From: Lytechinus pictus
Lineage: Eukaryota
Assembly: GCF_037042905.1 (NCBI RefSeq)
Contig: NC_087249.1
Span: forward strand, 34,410,001-34,474,000
DNA: 64,000 nt
Direction of reading: 5' to 3'
The notes under the pieces were generated by a model, which saw only the letters and a program-made list of their open reading frames with translations, had not been told where the DNA came from and did no database searches. The translations under genes were made by a program, and so were the position numbers. Positions 54,089 through 64,000 of the stretch are shown here, piece by piece. Numbering within the stretch: position 1 is the first letter of the stretch; the number at the start of each line of letters is the position of its first letter.

Positions 54089-56599
54089 CTGTAATAGAAA
54101 AAAGGGGAGAGAATTGAATGAAACGTATCATAATTGTAGAATCACTGGCACTCAAAATATAAACTTTCGCAGTGAAATAAGTATAATTATAAATCTTTTA
54201 AAATTTGAAACTGCTGTAATGCTTCTATTATAATCATAATTTATCAGGATCAAACTGTGAATTTCTGTTTAAAAGAAATTGCCAAATTTAGTATGTGACT
54301 ACTGTATGAGCAGTGTATATCCATGACAAGGCCTAATTAAAGAAAAAAAAACTCAGGTAATAAAGAGCTTCAATACGGCATTATATCTATCTGGAAATCA
54401 AAGCTGCCAACTTGACCGGTTCATCACTCTCCTTCAAGCTTAGTGAACAAAATCACTTTCCAGGATATTCTAAAACTCAATATGTGGGAAGGACCATTCA
54501 TCTCACTGATGACATCATAGCAAGGTGGGAATAGAGCACTCAAGCCTTCCCTTTCTCAATCACAGTGGCAATATCCAATTGTTTTTATGATGATTCACTT
54601 GATCAAGACAGTATGTACAGGTATGAAGGAAGAAGACACTTCATTTTGTTGCCTCCTGTATTTTCTTCAACCCCACTGGACAAAATGTATTTAAACAGAT
54701 TCTCAATCAAGTATTCTAGGAATGCCTTGCATCATACTTCTTAGATGAGAACAATCAATAAACTTTTACATCTCTTGTCCCTTTCCAACATCATACTCTC
54801 TCCCAATCTGCAACTTGCCTCTGCTCTACTATATCCTTCAAATACATGACATACTGGCAGTTAGGAAAAAACGTAAATTTTGCATTCGTCCGAGATAAGA
54901 AGTATCAGAACAGCTGAACTTCTAAATTCAGACTATGATTTCATTTTTTTCTTTTCTCACTTCATGATATTTATCGGCCGATAAATATCATGAATCGTAA
55001 GATACTTGCATCTATTTTTATTTTATTTAAGTTGGCATTGCTCATGATATTGTCGCCCTCTATACGCATCTTTGCAGCTAGGATACGAGGGCGACAGCAC
55101 GCAAATCACGCGATTTGCGTGCTGTCGCCAAGCGAAAGACAATGAAATCAAGATGGCGACGTAAACACTGGCGATTTTTTCCCGTCTTTTCATAACATTT
55201 TTCTTGTTTTTTTAATGAATTTTTGTTTAAAAATGATAACAATATCGTAGAAATGTCGGAAATGAAGTTGTATCCCATGTACATGATTTACGGCTAGATC
55301 TTTTAGAAGTAGAAATCTCGGGGTCGAAAGTTTGAGGTTTTTTTGTTTTTGTAGATGAATGCATTCGAATCCCTGGCTTTGTTGAGAGTAAGCATACGTT
55401 AGTAAATTATTTTTACTCTCTAGAAGCCTCCTGGCTAGAGTAACGGTCACCAGAGGTGGAAAAATCGGTGAGTTTTCATTAATTTTTCATATGATTTTCA
55501 GCACTTAAGAGTGATCTTTGTAATATAAAGTTAAGTATCACACTTGATCTAGTTCGATCAGGTCGTGATATTTGGGGCGAGGGATGGGGAGGAAAATAGT
55601 CTTATGTTTTTTTTGTCCATGCTACGGTATGCTGCCGAGAACAAGGTTATATTATAACTTATAATATATTAGGTATATAACCTCGTTCGTAGGATGAGTG
55701 GTCCCAGGCTCCGTGGAGAGTAAGCCTACGTCAAACTCAGTAGAATGACTTTTACTCTCCAGGAGCCTCCAGGCTAACGTTAGTTGCGCCGCACCAGGCA
55801 GCTCGGCAAGCGGGTCATCATGATTCATATTATAAATCACTGCTTTTGAGCACTCCTAGTACCAATGAGGTCCAAACATTAACATGTATGGACCTCATAG
55901 GCAACATTACCCAAATTATGGGTAGGACAATGCTGTTTTGATATCCAACCCAAGACTTTGGTAAATGTACGCCTTAATACAAAATGGAGGTATGTGATAT
56001 AACTTTCATAAGGTCGGAAAAACATAAGTTTTAAAAATATTTGAAACTAAAATGGATTAATGTTAAACTTACATTTCAGGCCCTTTTTGTTGATTTTTTG
56101 GTGAGCGTTCCCGTCCCACACAGCTGCGACGAGTGATCAACTCCAAAGTGATACGCGTACTGGTCAGATGATCGGTTGGTTATCTTTTTGTCAGACGTTC
56201 ATAATTTATATTAAGCATATCAATCTTCAGTATCTTGATTTCAAAGCATCAGTATTGCAGAGAAAAGTCATTATTGATTGGAATCGGGGGGGGGGGGGGG
56301 GGGGGGGTGAGCATTTCTGGCCTGTTCCCCCTTTTGAGATTTATAGTAAATATTTTGGATGTAAATATGTTGTTCATACTAGTTATGTGCCCCCCCCTCC
56401 CTTATGAGAATCACAGCAATATTTGTAATGGGGATATTATTCTTTTCTCTTTTTGGCCTTTTTTTTTGCTTGTCAAATTTTACTGGGAACAAATTAACAA
56501 TATGACTTTCTATACATCACTTTTAGGGACAAACTTTTTATGGGGGTGGGGGTTGGGGGCTTGCCAAACAAAACGGTGGATAAATGACCTTCTTTTTTA

Positions 56600-57200
56600 G
56601 TGACAACTTTTTTCTTTTTTTAAATTTGTCAAATTTTACGCGAGACAAAATGACCTTCGATCATTATTAGTTAAAACCATTTTTCATTTTTTTTTTTGGG
56701 GGGGGGGCTTGCCAAATTTTACGTGGGAAAAAATGACCTTCATTTTAGCCCAGCTAAGGCTGGGGTAATCATAGCAGGGCCCGCTGGGAGAACAGTTTTC
56801 GGGACTGAAGTGGCTACCCTGGGTAATACCACTATTTATTATTATTATTATATATTATTATTTTTCAGTGACAACCTTTTTTTTTATTTGTCAAATTTTA
56901 CGCGAGACAAAATGACCTTTGATCATTATTATAGTTTCAACCTTTTTTCATTTTTTTTTTTGGGGGGGGGGGGTTTGTCAAATTTTACGTGGACAAAATG
57001 ACTTTCCTTTTTCTTATTATTATTTTTTTTTTGGGGGGGGGGGCTTGCCCAATATTACGTGGACAAAATGACTTTCCTTTTTCTTATTCTTTTTTTGGGG
57101 GGGGCTTGCCAAATATTACGCGGACAAAATGACTTTCATTTTGAGTGACCATTTTTTTAAAACTTGATTAAACTTTACGCGAGACAAAATGACCGTTTTT
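56600..57200. repeat. Degenerate tandem repeat (TTGTCAAATTTTACGCGAGACAAAATGAC with polyT/polyG)
   Basis: About 7 visible copies. Confidence 0.75.
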
Positions 57201-57439
57201 TTTTTTGTGAGAACCTTTTTTGGGAGTTTTACCTGAGAAAATTCACCCCCCCCCCTCTACTTTGGAAATCATGGAAGCGCTCCTAGTTGGAATCATAATG
57301 AAGATTAAGATCATGAGTATAGCTTACGTCCACGGCAGAGGCATAAACCGGCGGGGGCAGGCTGGCCTTCCCCCCCAGTGGATTTCACCGGGAAAAAAAA
57401 CAGGATAAGAGAAAAGGAAGGAAGGAAGAAAGAAAGACT

Positions 57440-57471
<32 letters not shown>

Positions 57472-58495
57472 AAGGGAAGGGAAATAAAAGGCCAAATACA
57501 ACACATAAAAAAAAAGCGGAAGGAAAGAAAAATGCATGTGAGAATCATCCCGAATGTTATGTCAAAATCTATTACAAAATTGATATTTGTAATAAAAGTG
57601 ACAAAAGTTTTGCTCGCTCGCCTCTTTATCTGGCAGGCGCGTAGCTAGGGGGCGGTGCCCCCTGAACAGGCCCCCCCCCCAAAAAAAAAAAAAAGAAGGG
57701 GGGAAAAGAGAAAAGAAAAAGCAAAATGAGAAAAGGGAGGGTATATAATGTAATTTATAATTGTTTTTCCTTAATGTTTTTTTTTTGTCAAAACAATAAA
57801 AACCTTAACGAAATGTTTTTCAATAATTAGGTCTACACTCGCGATTTGATAAAATAGCAGCCATCTATAAGGTTTAAAATGGCTAAATATCCAGAGGTAT
57901 CGAGACCCACCTGCTGATATAGCACTGGGGTACACAGATGGAAGGGTTAGGCCCAGTGGCCCCCGAATATTCTACAACCAAGATAAAAAAAGAAATGAAG
58001 GGAATTAAAGAAAAGGAAAAGTGTAAGATATCCATCTCAAAGTTCGATTCGCACGAAAAGGTTTTTTCTCGCTTGCTTCACTCGCTTGGAAAATATAAAG
58101 CAACTTTATTCCCACGCGCCATATAAGTTGTACATTGTGCCCCCTCTTTCTTTCTTTTATTTTTTTTACTCATCACGCTACTGCCACACAGAGGTTTGCC
58201 CTAATGATCGTGGACAATCATAAAAAATATCATTTTCATACCATGTGACTGGGAAATATTTGGCTCCACCCCCCCCCCCTCTCGATCCCTGTAGCGATTT
58301 TGATTTGATAGGGGCCTATAACTGATGTAAGCTTCAATATAAAATCATAACGGAAAGAACACCTTGAATACAGGCCAACCAGCCTAACGACATTGCCACG
58401 TCACGTGACAACCAGTATTAAACGAGGATGTGTACAACCCTATGACGACAAGGCTTGTCGCAAAAGTTGAGCATGTTCTGGACAAAAAGGCTTCA

Positions 58496-59551
58496 CACAG
58501 TGGCAAATTGTATAGAACGGATAGCGGTGCGTTCAACGCTAGCGGGCGTGTACATTTTGCTTATTACGTGACGTCATCCAGCCACTGCACAATGAACAAG
58601 GTTATGATATAACCTTGTTCTCTGTCATATCTCCATGTGTGGCAAAATAAGGGTGGCAATATTTGACTTATTTTCTCTTTTTTTTTTTGACAAATGCTTG
58701 ATTTTTTTACACTGACAGTTTCCATTACACCAATTCATCATACAACTTGGCTCTTAAATAAATTTGATTCTTTAAATTATTTTTTTCTTAATTAAAAATA
58801 GAGATTGAAAAATGAAAATTTTCTTGCCATATTACTTTCCACCAATAGAGGGCGTACACAAAAATATGCCAAAAACTCAAGTTTTGGAGCGCTCTTGGGA
58901 ATAACAAAAGTTATTCCCAAGTTACTAATGAAAAATAAATTGCAACTGTATGGAAATTAGTAATTTTGGTCACAAAAGTGATATTTTAATGATTTTTTAA
59001 AGTGTGTGCTCTGTACAGCATTGGCATACCATAGTCCTAACTGTAGATTCCCCACAGACAGGATCGTTGCAGTGAGCTAGTGATATTTTATATGAATTAT
59101 GAAAGGTATTCTCGGAGGACCTATTTTCTCACCGATACCGCACAGGTAAGCGAATTTCGATTACTTCTTGCTTTTCTGGCAAAATCTTACGAATTAGCGT
59201 CCATATGGCATCGTGTTCGTTGGAGTTTGTAGAGTCTATCGCAATGTGTACAAAGTCAATTGATTTCCGGGTTTCGGAGCGTCGCGTGAATATGCATGAA
59301 ATTGCCGAGTCTCAATAATTTTTGATCGATACTGGAGCGATCCGATCACGAACAAAGACCATTTCCCGCGTAGACAATGTGACCGGATATTGTTATCGCG
59401 ATCGATACTTTCGCACGCAGTCCGAAGGAATTATTTTGGCGACCACGTAGTCATGACGTGATCTGCACGATTGGCCAATCAGCGGTCTCCGATTCGCTGA
59501 GCCAAGACGGTCTATCCATTGTACACAGTCTATGGACAATTTGCCACTGTG
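58496..59551. mobile_element. Transib/RAG-like non-autonomous transposon, copy 1 (CACAGTG ends, 5-bp TSD CTTCA)
   Basis: CTTCA|CACAGTGGCAAATTGT ... ACAATTTGCCACTGTG|CTTCA. Confidence 0.85.
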
Positions 59552-59599
59552 CTTCAATACCCCAAGAAAAGACCAGGCGAGTACTATTAATACATTATA

Positions 59600-60295
59600 C
59601 AGTGGCAAATTGTATAGAACGGATAGCGGTGCGTTCAACGCTAGCGGGCGTGTACATTTTGCTTATTACATGACGTCATCCAGACACTGCCGAGAGCCAA
59701 TTTATGAATGAAAGTATAGTAAGCATGCGCAGTGCAAGACTTCCATTGCCCCACACAGTATTCCACCAAAACAAGTGTGCAATTCTCTATCACCTCGTAC
59801 CAAAATCGACCTAGAATTTCACTTTCCTGTATTTTATATGAATTATGAAAGGTATTCTTGGAGGATCTATTTTCTCACCGATACCCCACAGGTAAGCGAA
59901 TTTCGATTACTTCTTGCTTTTCCGTCAAAATCTTACGAATTAGCGTCAATATGGCATCGTGTTCGTTGGAGTTTGTAGTCTATCACAACGTGTACAAAGT
60001 CAATTGATTTCCGGGTTTCAGAGCGTCGAGTGAATAAGCATGAAATTGCCGAGTCACGATAATTTTCGATCGATACTGGAGCGATCCGATCACGAACCAA
60101 GACCATTTCCCGCGTAGACAATGTGACCGGATATCGTTGTCGCTATCGATACTTTCGCACGCAGTCCGAAGGAATTATTTTGGCGACCACGTAGTCATGA
60201 CGTGATCTGCGCGATTGGCCAATCAGCGGTCTCCGATTCGCTGAGCCGAGACGGTCTATCCGTTGTACACAGTCTATGGACAATTTGCCACTGTG
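59600..60295. mobile_element. Transib/RAG-like non-autonomous transposon, copy 2 (5-bp TSD TTATA; left end lacks the terminal CA)
   Basis: TTATA|CAGTGGCAAATTGT ... ACAATTTGCCACTGTG|TTATA; shares ~90 bp at the left and ~470 bp at the right with copy 1. Confidence 0.8.
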
Positions 60296-60468
60296 TTATA
60301 CTCCATAAAGAGTATCTAGGGTCTAATTTAAAAATAGATTTCATCATGGAGCTCCATGGTGAGATAGAGTAATTTAAGTCCAACTTTTATTCGCGTGCAC
60401 TCACTTTTTCAACACAGGAAAGAATGGGCATGGTGCCTAGATAACCCAGAGAGCTCCGGCCCGCTTCA

Positions 60469-61017
60469 GAGCCCAGGAGCTCACCATGTATTTTAATACC
60501 CATACTCATGGGACTAGGGTAGATTATGGTCAAAATATCTAGCAAAATAAATTGTGAAAACAGAAATTATGCACTTACCACGATTATATGGATGAAGGTC
60601 TATCGTTTGGCAGTATCCTGACATCGAGGCGCAGACTGGAACCTCAAAAAAACGAAAAGTTCTGTCGCGGTAGCTCTCCTTCTTTCAAAATTCAAAACAA
60701 AATGGCCGATCGAGACCGAGGCTATATAGACTTGGTCAAATTCGCGCATGCGCCCTACATCCTCCGTACCGGTCTCGATCGGCCATTTTGCTATGAATTG
60801 TGAAAGAAGAGCTACCGCGACAGAACTTTTCGTTTTTTTGAGGTTCCAGTCTAGTCTGTGCCTCGATGTCAGGATACTGCCACACGATAGACCTTCATCC
60901 ATATAATCGTGGTAAGTGCATAATTTCTGTTTTCACAATTTATTTTGCTAGATATTTTGACCACAATCTACCCTAGTCCCGTGAGAATGGGTAAATACAC
61001 GGTGAGCTTCTGGGCTC
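60469..61017. repeat. Long inverted repeat (~250-bp arms, ~52-bp spacer)
   Basis: 60469-60718 is the near-identical reverse complement of 60771-61017. Confidence 0.9.
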
Positions 61018-61884
61018 CGGCCCGCGAGTGCTTTTGAGTTTTGTCGGGCTGGTGCAAAAGTGCACTCGTGTCTCTTTATATACAAATGTAGGAAAATCTC
61101 ATCCAATCTCAAGAAATATACAATCAACAGTCACAGAGAAGCTGCACTACATGTACGTGTACGGTAACATTAGGGAGGCCACTCGTGCGCCGAGAAATTC
61201 TTGCCAGTGCGCGCTGCAGATGGTTATCCTCACAGGTTCTTGGCAGGAATGATGAAAGTTCTTCAAAATGCAAAAAAAAATACACATATAACAACAAAAA
61301 CAATGATACTCACATTAACCTGAAGAAAAACTCTTTCAAGTTCTTAAATTTTCATACCCATTGCTGACACATATTTCAACTACGACTTCGATGAAATCCT
61401 AGCATAATCAACCCATTCATGTGTAAGATCAGCTGATTCCCATTGATCAAGATTTCCGGACCGAAGAATTTGATCTAAGGCGGGGGGATCGTGATGCGAA
61501 GGGTATTTTGAAACTCTATTTGCGACGTGATCATATTGCCCACTTTCATTTTATATACCCCCCATGTCAAAGTGGAAGATTCCGAGTTCACTTCCTTGAC
61601 AACATGGAAAATCCCCAGGGCAGGCAATCTGACTCATGGTAGACCAGAACAACGTCTATCGTTGGTAAGTTGATTAGAATAAGATTTCTGAATGTCTAAA
61701 GAAACTTTCTTCAAACCAGCTTGTGATTGCACAATCCTTATTTATTAAACTTCATATCTAGCCATTTTCATGATGATCTGATAACATTTTCACTCCGCGA
61801 TTTAAGATAGAAACCAGGTATGCCGATTTCACTTTCTCAGTTACCGAGTCGGCACATTCTCTAGTATGAGCCCGTGTGTTACAG

Positions 61885-61935
61885 TGAATGACTTCCGGGA
61901 AAAAATGGCGACCCGCATTGGCTCGCGGAAGTGTC
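61885..61935. promoter_or_regulatory. ETS/YY1-like motif cluster (promoter-like; host or transposon origin unknown)
   Basis: ACTTCCGG, AAAATGGCG and GCGGAAGTG within 50 bp. Confidence 0.3.
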
Positions 61936-64000
61936 AATTTTTTGTGACGACCAAAAAATCCACTTTTTTAGACCCCGTATTTCTTAATTATGATGTTAAG
62001 GAAATGCGATTGTGACATTTTTAGTGCGAGATGCGGTCATTTAGATTAGAAAATTTCACTTTTGTTCGAGATTTTGCCCAAGTCATGGGATGATTTTATT
62101 GTGATAGGGAGCTTGTGAATTCGTGGGGTGCATGTATTGTATTGAGTTTGTGGCTGTATTCAGTGGTATTTTGCGAAGAATTGAGTTGATTTATCGATTT
62201 AAAAAAAATTCTTATTTGAGGAAAAGTAGTTAACGTTCCAAGTCCAACTTCCAAGGATAACGGCAAGGGCGAGGCCGGGGGTATGTGTGAAGTACATTGC
62301 ACTGTATTTTATAAATGATACCACGTACCCCGGCTCAATGATTTTCTACTGCGCGTCGCACTTACATTAATCTGCCGATCCATTTATTGTATTTACACCC
62401 TAGTAGTGTAAAATGGTATTGAATTTTTTCAAATTAAGTATTCGATAATGAGTGATATAAAAAAGTTTTTAGTATGGATTGGAAGTTACATCAATATGAG
62501 ATTAATATTAAATTTCCTAGTCTTAAGGACCTCTTAGTCTTAATAAATAATATTTTGTATTAAACATTGGCTTTTGCCATTTTAATCAGTTATAACTTTT
62601 AGGCAATTTTCCCATTCGTTGTGTACAAATGAATATTTATTTATTATCTAATTTGCATATTATTATATTTATGGTCCCAAGAACAACAGATATGAAGTAA
62701 ACTTAAGAACTCTGCACCTCTGTGAAATTTGGTGATTATTTGCCTATCCCTGTTCAAGTTATATCATTTTCGCATATTAATTAGGCAATTTTCCCATTCG
62801 TTATGTACAAATGAATATTTAATTACTACCTCATTTGCATATTATTGTATATATGCTCACAAGAACAACATATATGAATCAAAATTACAAACACTACGGT
62901 ACATCTCTGTGAAATTTTGTGATTAATTGCCCATCCGCTTTCAAATTAAGCCATTTTCGCATATTAATTAGCTGGACTTCCAGCATTTCAAGTCATTTTT
63001 TGCCAATTTCCTCTAGTGCCAAAGGCGAAAATTTGTGTTTTCCCCATTTTTTGAACTACGTTAATATGAAAACGAAAAGTATTTTGGACCCAATTTTTCA
63101 GGTACTTGTTGGTGGTTAACATGTTAGGTAATGTTGTAGCCCGCAAGTGAAAACCCGAACCGTACCGTCCCGTATAATCCAATAATTTGCAAGCGGGACC
63201 CGCTGACCTGTCGGGTTTTAACCCGCAAGTCAATTTATCTTTGAAAAATGAAAAATATTATTTCTGCAATCCCCGCACTATCCAGGCTCAAATCAGGAAA
63301 ATATATGCCAACTACTAACCTAGCCTAGAGTGAATTTACTTACAATTTGCAAATTCGCCTTTTATTCCGGAGAAAAAATGTTTTTTTGGGTGACTTTGTA
63401 CCACGAAATGAGTTCGCTCTGATCTTGAAATTGAAAGCATTACGCAATTAACTCCTCTGATTGGAGCCGCAGCTCAGCGCGCGCTAGCTAGCCCAGGCTG
63501 CCCAGCAAAGATCGGCAATGTTGTTTTCAGTCGGTCGACACGGCGACTCACAACAATCATAATTACAATTTTCAATTCTATGGGACCTCGTCTATAAAGT
63601 AATCAAAATTGAAATAAATACCAGGATAATGATAGTCAATTTTTTCTTCTTGTATATATCTCCATATTATTTCCTTCTGTTTTTGTATTTCTTCCAATTC
63701 TTTGTAAACGAACACAAACGTGCACGAGGGCGCCCATGAACTTACGTAAACAGCTTGTGTTACTAGTGCTTAGCTAGATTAGCTAGGCTTTTATTTATTT
63801 TTATCTCTCTCGATCGATTGGTCAAGAGAGAGGTATTTGCAAGAAACTTGCAATCCATTGCAATCCAATTTTACATCTTCAGAAATCTTAATTAAGACTT
63901 TCAATCAATTGTACATCAGAAAAATTAAGAGATCTGGGCATTCAGGGTGCGGGGGCTTCAGTTTTCATCAGAAAATGTATGAAATAACGAAAAGGACCAG

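Noticed and set aside
55451-55479. Possible GLYR1 first exon MKTHRFFHL(W), in the correct phase
   Set aside because: Weak GTGACC donor and no resemblance to the expected GDLVW PWWP start; the true exon 1 is probably beyond 64000.
61300-61780. Possible decayed coding exon on the minus strand near the ETS/YY1 cluster
   Set aside because: Multiple stops in the frames examined and no motif I can identify with confidence.
224-63233. The many remaining 60-130 aa ORFs in the track
   Set aside because: Low-complexity, antisense or repeat-derived, often with non-ATG starts and no splice or domain support.

Overview
This is AT-rich, repeat-rich animal genomic DNA. The repeat landscape and gene architecture suggest a marine invertebrate deuterostome such as a sea urchin (inference only). 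One long minus-strand gene spans most of the window: a GLYR1/N-PAC/NDF orthologue with PWWP, AT-hook and beta-hydroxyacid dehydrogenase domains. I reconstructed 14 phase-consistent GT-AG coding exons between 54088 and 5829; the first coding exon was not found and probably lies beyond 64000. Unlike vertebrate N-PAC, this protein keeps the catalytic lysine and a plant glyoxylate-reductase-like [13 protein letters not shown] motif, so it may be an enzymatically active chromatin reader. A 30-kb intron hosts an antisense, single-coding-exon vasorin-like receptor (LRR-EGF-FN3-TM) with a furin-type site and a PPxY motif. The introns carry many non-autonomous DNA transposons (Harbinger-, Kolobok-, piggyBac-, Sola-, P- and Helentron-like), RTE and CR1/L2 LINE remnants, tRNA-derived SINEs, and a Penelope remnant with a minimal hammerhead ribozyme motif. 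The most striking item is a tandem pair of Transib/RAG-like elements (58496-60295) with RSS-heptamer CACAGTG ends and 5-bp TSDs. A second shared 9-mer sits 13 bp from the left heptamer and 24 bp from the right, an 11-bp asymmetry resembling the 12/23 rule.
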